NCBI GenBank assembly: GCA_963829085.1
Contig: CAWHHJ010000006.1
Location: forward strand, 239,398 to 303,397
From: an uncultured beta proteobacterium
GTDB lineage: Bacteria; Pseudomonadota; Gammaproteobacteria; Burkholderiales; SG8-41
Length of the DNA: 64,000 nucleotides
Direction: 5' to 3'
Under the pieces are notes generated by a model. It was not told where the DNA came from, did no database searches, and saw only the letters and a list, made by a program, of their open reading frames with translations. Below, piece by piece: positions 1-8,871 of the stretch. The position numbers and the translations under genes are program-made. The stretch's first letter is position 1; each line of letters opens with the position of its first letter.

Positions 1-715
1 CGATCCAGCCGTCCGGCAAGAAACGGCAGCGCGCCGCCGCCGTGCGCGGTGATCAGCTTGATGTTTGGATAGCGGTCGAAGAAGCCGTCGTAAATCATGC
101 GCGAGATCGCGAGCGTCGTGTCGAATGTGAAGCCGACCGAGGCGCTCAACTGAAACACTTGCATGTCCATCATGCCGCAGCCGCATGGCACGGTCGGGTG
201 CACAAACACGGGCAGTTCGCGTTGGTCGATTTCTTTCCAGATCGGCACGAACAGCGGATCGGTGAGCGACGCGCCGCCGACATTCGCGAGCACCACGACG
301 CCGACAGCGCCTTTCTTCGTTGCGCGCTCAAGCTCTGCGACAGCCTTGTCCGGATGCTGCATCGGCAGCGACGCCATCCATTTGATCCGGTCGGGGTATT
401 TGCCGCTCGCTTCCGCAAAGCTGTCGTTGATTGCACTGGCGGCTCTCGAGCTCGCGTTCGCGTCGCCCCAGTAACATTCGGACCGGTCAACGACAGGATC
501 GCCATGCCGACGCCCGCCTTGTCCATTGCGGCAAGCCGCGCCGGATAATCGAACATCGTCGGCTGCGGCGTCATGAAGGCAACGCCATCGTAGTGAATCA
601 CCTCGGCGCCGCCGACCACTTTCTGGATCGTGAAGCGCGGGCCGCAGTTCGCCTTGAAGAGGTCCAGCCATTCCTGACATAGCATGTGTGAATGAACGTC
701 GATTGCTTTTTGCAA
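1..715 (-). pseudogene. Amidohydrolase-2 family metal-dependent hydrolase/decarboxylase (ACMSD-like); 3' end runs off the window; apparent 1-nt frameshift near 471-477
   Basis: TTG start at 715 with AGGAG just upstream. The N-terminus (M)QKAIDVHSHMLCQEWLDLF...AILSLTGPNV is the only sensible part of track ORF 170..1012. After LTGPNV that frame turns Arg/Ser/Cys-rich. The adjacent frame reads YWGDANASSRAASAINDSFAEASGKYPDRIKWMASLPMQHPDKAVAELERA...VFVHPT...LITAHGGGALPFLAGRLD down to position 1. Confidence 0.75.
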
Positions 716-803
716 TTTAGCTCCTGACACATTAAGTGCGAAACCTTTGGAGTCACAGATAGACGCAGATATGCGTTTTTTCTGCGGCTCATGTTGCTTC
801 AGT

Positions 804-1778
804 CTACTGAGGCTGAGCGCCCGTAGCGCGAATGATTTTGCCGAAACGATTGAGCTCGGACTTGATGTATTCGCCAAACTCCGCCGAACTGCCCGCGATG
901 ACTTCGGCGCCATCGAATGTAATACGCTCACGCACGTCGGGCAGTTGCAGCGCCTTGCGCAATTCATTGTGCAGCTTCGCAATGATGTCCGGCGGCGTCT
1001 TCGCGGGAACAACCACGCCCTGCCATGGATAAAAGACGCAGTTCTTGTATCCGAGCTCTACTGCAGTCGGTATGTCGGGTTGATTCGGCATGCGCTTCTC
1101 GCCCGTCTGCACGAGCGCGCGGAGCTTGCCGGACTTCACATAAGCAAGACTGCTGTTGTCGAACATCATCGTGACATTGCCGGCAATCAGATCGATCAGC
1201 CCCGGCGCGCCGCCCTTATATGGAACCGGAATCGCCTTGATACCCGTCGCTTCGGCGAATAGCAGCATCGCCATATCGGCGGGACTGCCAACGCCCTGTG
1301 TTGCATAGCTCAGCTGATCGGGTTTTGCTTTCGCCAGCGCGATCAAATCGCGGGCAGTCTTAGCCGGCAGCGACGGATGCACGACCAGCACCATCGGAAT
1401 GCGTGCCACCAGAATCACTGGCGCAAAATCCTTCAGCGGATCGTACGGCAGACTCTTGTATAGATGCGGATTGATGGCAAGCGTGGTGCTTGTCGCCAGG
1501 AGCATTGAGTATCCGTCCGCCGGAGATTTAGCGACGTTCTCCGCTCCAATCAACGTGGCAGCGCCGCCCCTGTTCTCGACGACGACGCTCTGGCCCATGC
1601 TTTCGGACAGCTTTGCCCCGAGCACGCGCCCGATCATGTCTGTGTTACCGCCGGGCGCGTACGGAATTACAAAGCGGATCGGGCGCTGCGGGTAGGATTG
1701 AGCGGCGCAATGCGCTGACATGATTACAGATGCGAGCGCTACAACAATCAATGCGCGATTTGTGAGCTTTCCAAGCAT
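804..1778 (-). CDS. Bug/TctC-family periplasmic solute receptor (tripartite tricarboxylate transporter substrate-binding protein)
   Basis: 324 aa; signal peptide then signature AQSYPQRPIRFVIPYAPGGNTD; PDGY, Y.G and C-terminal KW..V motifs shared with the other paralogs. Confidence 0.9.
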   Translation of the reverse strand: MLGKLTNRALIVVALASVIMSAHCAAQSYPQRPIRFVIPYAPGGNTDMIGRVLGAKLSESMGQSVVVENRGGAATLIGAENVAKSPADGYSMLLATSTTLAINPHLYKSLPYDPLKDFAPVILVARIPMVLVVHPSLPAKTARDLIALAKAKPDQLSYATQGVGSPADMAMLLFAEATGIKAIPVPYKGGAPGLIDLIAGNVTMMFDNSSLAYVKSGKLRALVQTGEKRMPNQPDIPTAVELGYKNCVFYPWQGVVVPAKTPPDIIAKLHNELRKALQLPDVRERITFDGAEVIAGSSAEFGEYIKSELNRFGKIIRATGAQPQ

Positions 1779-2025
1779 GCGGAAAGCTTAGCAGAAATGC
1801 TGCCGGCTCAAGCCAGGCGTTGGTCAAAGTTCTTAAGGCGTCAGCTTAGTACGTCGGCATGTGACATCTTCAGATGCTCAGCGGTTTGAGCCGTTACGCG
1901 ACAGTAGCGATTCGCAAGTTTCCAATCGTGACGCGACTGGTCATTGCTATGTCATACTGCTAAATCGAACAAGGAGGCAGCAACGCAAGGTCGCGGCAAA
2001 CGGCAACACAACAGGGAGAGTTCGC

Positions 2026-3333
2026 ATGAAAAAGAAATTTCCTCCGGCGGCCAGCATCCTTGTCGCCATGGTGCTTGGCATCATCATCGGCTACATGATC
2101 TTCGTGCAGTTCCCCGACAAGAAGTCAGCCGCCCAGGTCGCAGGTTACATTTCGATCATGTCGGACGTCTTCCTGCGCCTCATCAAGATGCTGATCGGCC
2201 CGCTGGTGTTCTCGACGCTCGTAGTCGGTATCGCGCACATGGGCGATGCGGCCTCGGTCGGACGTGTGTTCGCCAAGGCGCTGGGATGGTTTATCACCGC
2301 TTCACTGATCTCGCTGGTGCTGGGCTTGATTCTCGCCAACGTGTTGCAGCCCGGCCACGATCTGGGGCTTCCACTACCGGACATCGGCGCCTCGGCCAAT
2401 CTCGCAACCTCGAAGTTCACCCTCAAGGATTTCGTCAGCCATCTCGTGCCCAAATCGTTTGCCGAAGCGATGGCGAACAACGAGATTCTGCAGATCGTCG
2501 TGTTTTCGATGTTCTTCGGCGTCGCGCTCGCCTCATTGGGCGAGAAAGCCAGGACGCTGGTGCACGCGATCGACGAGCTCGCGCACGCCATGCTCAAGAT
2601 CACCGGCTACGTGATGAAGCTCGCGCCGATCGCCGTGCTGGCCGCAATGGCGGCGACCGTCGCTGTGAATGGCCTCGAGATTCTGCTCAAGTTCGCCGTG
2701 TTCATGGGCGATTTCTACCTCGGCCTGTTCCTTCTCTGGGGCCTGCTGGTATTGGCCGGCTTCGTGGTCCTGGGCCCGCGCATATTCAGGCTGCTCGTGC
2801 TGATCAAGGAAGCGTTCATGCTGTCGTTCGCGACGGCGAGCTCCGAGGCGGCGTATCCAAAGATACTTGACGCGCTCGATCGCTTCGGCGTCAAGCGCAA
2901 GATCTCCAGCTTTGTGATGCCAATGGGCTACTCGTTCAATCTCGACGGCTCGATGATGTACTGCACGTTCGCTACGCTTTTCATCGCGCAGGCCTACGAT
3001 ATCAAGCTCTCGCTCGGCACCCAGATCACCATGCTGCTCATCCTGATGCTCACCTCCAAGGGTATGGCGGGCGTGCCGCGCGCTTCGCTGGTGGTCATCG
3101 CCGCGACGCTCAATCAGTTCAACATTCCGGAAGCGGGCCTGCTGCTGATTCTCGGCGTCGACACTTTCCTCGACATGGGGCGCTCGGCCACCAATGCGAT
3201 CGGCAATTCAATCGCAACCGCCGCCGTCGCCAAATGGGAAGGAGAGTTGCTGCCTGCAGCCGAGGCTGAAGCATTCGCACTGACCCTCGACGTAGCCGTG
3301 CCGGAGGGTGCGCCGCTCAAGGCCGCGGCATGA
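2026..3333 (+). CDS. dctA: C4-dicarboxylate/amino acid:cation symporter (DAACS family, DctA-like)
   Basis: ATG at 2026 preceded by GGGAGAG. MKKKFPPAASILVAMVLGIIIG..., with conserved stretches FLRLIKMLIGPLVF, SSEAAYP, MPMGYSFNLDGS and TSKGMAGVPRASL that align by eye to E. coli DctA. The upstream part of track ORF 1861..3333 is a non-coding extension. Confidence 0.88.
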   Translation: MKKKFPPAASILVAMVLGIIIGYMIFVQFPDKKSAAQVAGYISIMSDVFLRLIKMLIGPLVFSTLVVGIAHMGDAASVGRVFAKALGWFITASLISLVLGLILANVLQPGHDLGLPLPDIGASANLATSKFTLKDFVSHLVPKSFAEAMANNEILQIVVFSMFFGVALASLGEKARTLVHAIDELAHAMLKITGYVMKLAPIAVLAAMAATVAVNGLEILLKFAVFMGDFYLGLFLLWGLLVLAGFVVLGPRIFRLLVLIKEAFMLSFATASSEAAYPKILDALDRFGVKRKISSFVMPMGYSFNLDGSMMYCTFATLFIAQAYDIKLSLGTQITMLLILMLTSKGMAGVPRASLVVIAATLNQFNIPEAGLLLILGVDTFLDMGRSATNAIGNSIATAAVAKWEGELLPAAEAEAFALTLDVAVPEGAPLKAAA

Positions 3334-4238
3334 AATCTGTTTGGACCGGCTTGACCGCTGCAGCACTGTTGCTCGCGGCGGCTACCGCCGGCGCGCAATC
3401 CGAGCAGCCCGTGCCAGTGCAATTAACGGGCACGTTGCAAAAGGCGCGCAGCTCGGGTGCAGTCACGATCGCGTACCGCGAATCGTCCGTGCCCTTTTCT
3501 TATTTATCGGCGCGCAACGAACCGGTCGGCTATTCCATTGAGCTCTGCCGCAAGCTCGTGGATGCGATCGGTGACGCTGTGCATCGCGAAGTCGCCATCA
3601 AGTGGCTCCCGGTGACTTCTGAATCGCGCATCGATGCGATTGTCTCCGGTCGAGCCGATCTCGAGTGCGGCAGCACGACGAACAATCTGGAACGGCAGAA
3701 GCTGGTTGGATTCTCGCCGACGATCTTCGTCTCAGGCACCAAGTTGATGGTCAAGCGTGGCTCTCCAATCAAATCCTTTCGCGATCTCACGGGCAAGACC
3801 GTGGTCGTCACCGCAGGTACCACCAATGAAAAAACGATGCGCGAACTCGCACAGAAATTCAAGGTTGATTTAAAACTGGTGACGTCACGCGACCATGCCG
3901 AGTCTTTCGCGCTCGTCGAAGCCGGGAACGCCGACGCCTTTGCCACCGACGACGTGCTTCTTTACGGACTGATCGCGCAGAACAAGGCGCAGAAAAAGTA
4001 TCAGGTCATCGGCGAATTTCTCTCGTACGATCCCTACGGCATCATGTACCGCAAGGGCGACACGCAACTCGCGAATCTGGTGAACAACGCATTTCACGAT
4101 CTCGCCGAGGATGGCGAGGTCGAGCGTCAGTACAAGCGCTGGTTTTTACAGCGTCTGCCATCGGGCCAGAGCATAGATCTGCCGATGAGCCCGCAGCTCG
4201 AAACGATAGTTCGTGCGATGGCGGCCAAGCCGGAATGA
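3330..4238 (+). CDS. Glutamate/aspartate-type ABC-family periplasmic binding protein (GltI-like), orphan
   Basis: The start ATG overlaps the dctA stop (ATGA at 3330-3333). Signal peptide; RESSVPFSY, ECGSTTNNLERQK, VVVTAGTTNE and DPYGIMYRKGD motifs match E. coli GltI by eye. No permease or ATPase gene nearby. Confidence 0.85.
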   Translation: MKSVWTGLTAAALLLAAATAGAQSEQPVPVQLTGTLQKARSSGAVTIAYRESSVPFSYLSARNEPVGYSIELCRKLVDAIGDAVHREVAIKWLPVTSESRIDAIVSGRADLECGSTTNNLERQKLVGFSPTIFVSGTKLMVKRGSPIKSFRDLTGKTVVVTAGTTNEKTMRELAQKFKVDLKLVTSRDHAESFALVEAGNADAFATDDVLLYGLIAQNKAQKKYQVIGEFLSYDPYGIMYRKGDTQLANLVNNAFHDLAEDGEVERQYKRWFLQRLPSGQSIDLPMSPQLETIVRAMAAKPE

Positions 4239-4309
4239 CGAATTAGACGTTTTGCGAGGGCGAGCGGCGTTTCTACACTGCTATCCGCCGCGGTGCATGC
4301 AGCGCAGGC

Positions 4310-4615
4310 TTACTTCGGAATCGGTTTGCCCGTGCTGCGAATTTCGGCGTCGGGATTTCGGACGTTGTTGTCGAGTGTGCCGGGTGCGATGGGTTTCGGC
4401 GGCGCGTCAGCAGTGCCGGGAGCGACAGCCTGCGGCAGTCTGTCCGACGTGCCGGGTTTGACGGGCTCAGCCGCCATCGGCGGATTCACCGATCCACCTT
4501 GCTTTCCTGCGTCTTTGCGCACGTCGGCTGGCGGCGTGTCGGCAGCGTACACATGCACACCGGCCGCAGACGCCGTGGCAATCAACAACATCGCGACTAT
4601 ACGTTTTGTGTCCAT
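4310..4615 (-). CDS. Hypothetical small secreted Pro/Ala-rich protein
   Basis: Internal Met of ORF 4310..4708. MDTKRIVAMLLIATASAAGVHVYA looks like a Sec signal peptide; the mature part is Pro-rich; no recognisable family. Confidence 0.45.
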   Translation of the reverse strand: MDTKRIVAMLLIATASAAGVHVYAADTPPADVRKDAGKQGGSVNPPMAAEPVKPGTSDRLPQAVAPGTADAPPKPIAPGTLDNNVRNPDAEIRSTGKPIPK

Positions 4616-4746
4616 AATTTTGAGACACGTGCTTTGCGTGCGGGTTCCGTCTGTACCCGGCAGACATATCCGACGATGTGCCTCGCCCGTGGCTGGACTA
4701 CACGACATGCGTTATTGTTGGCCGTAATGCCGTTAACGGAGCCAAC

Positions 4747-5760
4747 ATGATCGCAAAGCGTCAGGATGGTCACTTCGATCCTTCTCTTCATCGCACTCTG
4801 GCGAGAATCGGTCTCATCGCGATCGGCGCGGCGTGTGGCGTGACCACCGGCGCGTTTGCGCAGGATTATCCGACCAGACCTATTCGCGTGATCGTGCCGC
4901 TGGCGCCAGGCGGCGGCACCGATATCGCCGCGCGCGTAACCGGACAGAAGCTGAGCGAGCGCTGGGGTCAGCAGGTGATCGTCGACAATCGCGCCGGCGG
5001 CGCCAGTAATATCGGCACGGAAATCGTCGTGAATTCCGCGCCGGACGGCTATACGGTGCTTTGGACCAATCCGGCGCCAATCGTGGTGAACCAGTGGTTG
5101 TTCGCCAAGCTGCCGTTCGATCCTGTGAAAGATCTCGTGCCGGTGACCATGGTCGCGCCCACGTTTTATGTGCTGATGACTCATCCGTCGGTGCCCGCGA
5201 ATTCGGTACCGGAACTGATCGCGCTCGCGCGCAAAATGCCGGGCAAGCTGGTGCTCGCATCCGGCGGGATCGGCGCGCCGTCGTCCCTGATGGGGGACAT
5301 GTTCAAGAACCTTGCGAAGATAGACGCGGTGTCCATCAACTACAAGGGCGGCGGTCAGGCCATTGCCGATGTCATCGCAGGGCAGGCGAGCATGATGTTC
5401 GCCGACATGATTGCGGCGATGCCGTTCGTCGCATCGGGCCGCGCCAAGGTGCTGGCCGTCGGCACGGCGAAACGCCTGCCCAAGCTGCCGGACGTGCCGA
5501 CACTCATCGAATCGGGCATCGCCTACGATGCAATCAGCTGGTCCGGCGTCTTCCTGCCCGCACGCACGCCGCCGGCGATCGTGAACAAGCTGGGCGCGGA
5601 GCTGCGCAGCATCCTCAAACTTCCCGACGTGCAGGAGAAACTCGCAAGCGATGGCAACGACTTTGGCGCGAACACGCCGCAGTCGCTGCTCGCGTTCATA
5701 AAAAGTGAAACGGAGAAGTATCGAAATGCTGTGAAGGTATCGGGCACGAAGCTGGAGTGA
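4747..5760 (+). CDS. Bug/TctC-family periplasmic solute receptor
   Basis: ATG at 4747 after ACGGAG; signal region then AQDYPTRPIRVIVPLAPGGGTD. Confidence 0.9.
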   Translation: MIAKRQDGHFDPSLHRTLARIGLIAIGAACGVTTGAFAQDYPTRPIRVIVPLAPGGGTDIAARVTGQKLSERWGQQVIVDNRAGGASNIGTEIVVNSAPDGYTVLWTNPAPIVVNQWLFAKLPFDPVKDLVPVTMVAPTFYVLMTHPSVPANSVPELIALARKMPGKLVLASGGIGAPSSLMGDMFKNLAKIDAVSINYKGGGQAIADVIAGQASMMFADMIAAMPFVASGRAKVLAVGTAKRLPKLPDVPTLIESGIAYDAISWSGVFLPARTPPAIVNKLGAELRSILKLPDVQEKLASDGNDFGANTPQSLLAFIKSETEKYRNAVKVSGTKLE

Positions 5761-5911
5761 AGGCGAGCGCATTGAGCGCGGCGCCGTTGACACTCGCAGC
5801 GCGTCCGACCACAATCCGATGCACTGTCGGCGCCCGCATTACGATCGAAACGTTTGCGGGCGTCAGCCGGGACAGAAAAATATCTGCGTTCGCACTGTGT
5901 CGGGAGGAGTC

Positions 5912-7099
5912 ATGATGAACAGGCGTCAATTTATCTCTGCGGCAGCGGCGGGCGCTGCAATGTTCGCCCGCATTCCAAATGTACTTGCGCAATCGATCGA
6001 CTTGATCATCAAAGGCGGGCGCGTGATCGATCCCTCGATCGGGCTCGACGCTATCCGCGACATTGCCATCGCCGGCGGGCGAATCGTAGGCGTTGAGCCG
6101 AGCATTGCAGGCAACGCGCCGGACGTGATCGATGCGCGGGGCAAGATCGTCGCGCCCGGCCTGATCGATATTCATACGCATGCCGGCCGCGGAAAAGACG
6201 GTCCGCCGCTGGCGCTGCAGGATGGCGTGACCGGCTGGATCGATGCGGGCACGGCAGGTGCCGATAACATCGATGCCGTCGCTGCCGTTGCCAGAAGCTC
6301 GCCGCAGATCGGCCGACTGCTCGTAAACATCTCGCGCAAGGGCGTCATGAGCGGCACCGGCGAATTGCACGACATCAATCTAGCGAATGTCGATCTCGCG
6401 CGCGGCGCGATCGCACGCCACCGGGATGTCGTCGTCGGCATGAAGGTGCGCATGTCGAACGACGTCGCCGAAGCGAACGATCTCGAGTGCCTGCGTCGCG
6501 CGCAGGAAGCGGCTGCCCCCTTCAATCTGCCGGTGATGATTCATGTCGGCCAGAATTATTCGCCGATGCGCGCGATTCTGCCGCTGCTCAAGCGCGGCGA
6601 CGTCGTCACGCACATGTATGCGCCGCCGCCCAATAGCATTCTCGACGAGCAAGGTCGGCTGTTTCCGGACGTGACCGCGGCGCGCCGCCGCGGCGTCATC
6701 TTCGACTTCGGCAATGGCGTCAACGGCCACTTCACGTGGGACATGGTGGAGAAGGCAATGAAGCAGGGCTTCTGGCCCGATACGTTCTCGACGGACTGGA
6801 GCGTCACGTCGAAAACGACCGGCGTCGTCGATTTCCCGAACGTGATGTCAAAGTTTTTGATGTTCGGCATGTCGCTGAGCCAGATCATCGCGTGTGCCAC
6901 CGTTGCTGCAGCACGCGTGTTCCCCGCATTCGATGACCGCGGCACACTTAACGTCGGCGCGCCGGCGGATGTGGCGATCATGGAGTTGCGTGACGGTGAC
7001 TTCCAATTCGTCGATAACTATAAAGGCACGCGCAACGGGAAGCAGCGCCTGTTCCCTATCACGACGGTGCTCGGCGGCAAACGCGTCGCGCGCGCGTAG
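5912..7099 (+). CDS. Amidohydrolase superfamily protein (dihydroorotase/deacylase-like) with Tat-type signal
   Basis: ATG at 5912 after GGGAGGAG. MMNRRQFISAAAAGAAMFA carries a twin-arginine motif. LIIKGGRVIDP...IDARGKIVAPGLIDIHTHAG is the amidohydrolase metal motif. Confidence 0.8.
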   Translation: MMNRRQFISAAAAGAAMFARIPNVLAQSIDLIIKGGRVIDPSIGLDAIRDIAIAGGRIVGVEPSIAGNAPDVIDARGKIVAPGLIDIHTHAGRGKDGPPLALQDGVTGWIDAGTAGADNIDAVAAVARSSPQIGRLLVNISRKGVMSGTGELHDINLANVDLARGAIARHRDVVVGMKVRMSNDVAEANDLECLRRAQEAAAPFNLPVMIHVGQNYSPMRAILPLLKRGDVVTHMYAPPPNSILDEQGRLFPDVTAARRRGVIFDFGNGVNGHFTWDMVEKAMKQGFWPDTFSTDWSVTSKTTGVVDFPNVMSKFLMFGMSLSQIIACATVAAARVFPAFDDRGTLNVGAPADVAIMELRDGDFQFVDNYKGTRNGKQRLFPITTVLGGKRVARA

Positions 7100-7337
7100 T
7101 TCGAAGATGCACTAAGCGCCGGCGGTCCTGCAGCTCGGCGCTGCTCTTTGAATTTCAAGAACGAGTCAAAAACATGAAAGCATTCAGGTTTGCTGTCGGC
7201 AAAGGTGCGCATCCGTCCAAATCGGCGCCGTTGGGTGGCGCAGTTATTTTCAGGTGATGCAGCATTCTGCTCGCGCCGCGCACGTCAAGCTAGAACAGCG
7301 GGCTGAAGACAGCGGCGCGCTGAAAGAGCCAGCGAGC

Positions 7338-8309
7338 ATGCAAAGATTCATCCGGCTGATTCTTGCGCTGTTCTCTCTCGCCGCACTTCAAGCTGCGGCG
7401 CAGAACTATCCGGCACGCAGCATCAATCTCATCGTCCCGTTTGCCGCGGGCGGGCCGAGCGACGCGCTCGCGCGCGTGATCGGCCAAGCGATGAGTGCGA
7501 CACTGGGCCAGCAGATCGCGATCGACAACGTCACAGGCGCCGGCGGCACGCTGGCCGCAGCAAAGGGAGCGCAAGCCCGTCCCGATGGCTATACGCTGCT
7601 CCTCGCGCACATCGGGCAATCGGCGAGCGTCACGCTCTATCGCAAACTACAGTACGACCCGGTTGGCGCGTTCGACACCATCGGGCTCATTGCCGAAGTG
7701 CCGATGGTCATCGTCGGCCGCAAGGATCTGCCGCCGAAGGACATCGGCGAACTCATTGCCTACATAAAGGCGAACAAAGACAAAGTCACCTACGGCAATG
7801 GCGGCGTCGGTTCGGCATCGCATTTTTGCGGGCTTTTGTTCATGAGCGCGATGCAGGCCGAGATGACGACGGTTTCGTATCGCGGCTCGGCGCCTGCGAT
7901 GCTCGACGTGCTCGGCGGGCGGCTTGATTTGCTGTGCGATCAAACCACCACTACCACATCCCACATGAAGGCTGCGACGATCAAGGCTTATGCGGTCACT
8001 ATGAAAGCGCGCGTACCCTCGGCGCCCGAGCTACCCACGCTAAGCGAAGCGGGGCTTGCCGATTTCGATTTATCAGTCTGGTACGGATTGATGGTGCCCA
8101 AGGGAACACCGAAGCCCATCGTCGATCAGCTATCGGCTGCGCTCAAGAACGCTATCACCGACGCGACTGTCGTGAAGCGCCTTGGGGAATTCGGCGCTCA
8201 GCCGGTGACCGCCGAACGCGCGACACCCGAGTCGTTCGCTGCTTTCATGCGTGCGGATGTCGGCAAGTGGGCGCCGGTGATCAAGGCTGCGGGTGTTTAC
8301 GCCGACTGA
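7338..8309 (+). CDS. Bug/TctC-family periplasmic solute receptor
   Basis: MQRFIRLILALFSLAALQAAAQNYPARSINLIVPFAAGGPSD. Confidence 0.9.
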   Translation: MQRFIRLILALFSLAALQAAAQNYPARSINLIVPFAAGGPSDALARVIGQAMSATLGQQIAIDNVTGAGGTLAAAKGAQARPDGYTLLLAHIGQSASVTLYRKLQYDPVGAFDTIGLIAEVPMVIVGRKDLPPKDIGELIAYIKANKDKVTYGNGGVGSASHFCGLLFMSAMQAEMTTVSYRGSAPAMLDVLGGRLDLLCDQTTTTTSHMKAATIKAYAVTMKARVPSAPELPTLSEAGLADFDLSVWYGLMVPKGTPKPIVDQLSAALKNAITDATVVKRLGEFGAQPVTAERATPESFAAFMRADVGKWAPVIKAAGVYAD

Positions 8310-8364
8310 TCAACGCCGATCGGGCTGATGTGTAGAAGCACGAACTTGTAAGACCGCGTGGAGT

Positions 8365-8850
8365 TTATTTCTGTTCGACGTGCCAGTTCTCAATCATGCG
8401 GCAGCCCGCCTTGCGAAATAGATTGTGCAGCGGGCAGCGCCGCTCGTACGCTGACTTCATCTGCTCGATCGTCGCGGCGTCGACCACTGATGTGAGCCAG
8501 ATGTCGCTTACTGCTTCGAACGGCGTCGGAGATATGCCTTCGGCGCCTGCGATGCCGCGCGGGTTCCATGCAATCGTCACTCGGGCCTTGAGCGCGGCGA
8601 TTTCGAATCCTAATTCACGTGCGATGCGATTCAACATCGCGGGTATATCTGCGGCAAATGCTGCCGCGAGAAATCCCGTCGGCGTCGGGCCCGCGTTCTC
8701 GCCACCGAAACCACCGATGAATGCCGGCGGCTCGTCCGCCATCATCACATGACCATCGCGCAGCGTGATGACGCTCTTCGCGCGGCCTTTGAATTCGGCC
8801 TCCGCCCAGTTTTCGCGGCGTTCGGGGATGTCGTCGAGCGATGGGGACAT
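8365..8850 (-). CDS. OsmC/Ohr-family-like protein
   Basis: 161 aa, compact alpha/beta-type sequence with GGENAGPTPTGFLAAA and a C-terminal RCPLHNL Cys motif typical of OsmC-like proteins. Lies 21 nt downstream of the amidase gene on the same strand. Confidence 0.6.
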   Translation of the reverse strand: MSPSLDDIPERRENWAEAEFKGRAKSVITLRDGHVMMADEPPAFIGGFGGENAGPTPTGFLAAAFAADIPAMLNRIARELGFEIAALKARVTIAWNPRGIAGAEGISPTPFEAVSDIWLTSVVDAATIEQMKSAYERRCPLHNLFRKAGCRMIENWHVEQK

Positions 8851-8871
8851 GGTCTTTGGTTCCTTGACCCG

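Noticed and set aside
1937-1950. Possible sigma-54 promoter (TGG...TTGC) upstream of dctA, since dctA is sigma-54-dependent in rhizobia.
   Set aside because: The GG-to-GC spacing is far too short relative to the TGGCAC-N5-TTGC consensus, and no DctBD-like or other enhancer-binding protein gene occurs in the window.
1944-2870. 308-aa ORF in an alternative frame of dctA.
   Set aside because: Its composition is extremely Arg/Gly/His-rich, and the dctA frame aligns to E. coli DctA throughout.
4597-5814. 405-aa ORF antisense to the Bug gene 4747..5760. Similar long antisense ORFs lie at 10442..11605, 18331..19401, 43557..44837 and 12018..12653.
   Set aside because: They are Arg/His/Asp-rich with no motifs and exactly mirror well-supported Bug genes. 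Long open antisense frames are expected in GC-rich coding DNA.
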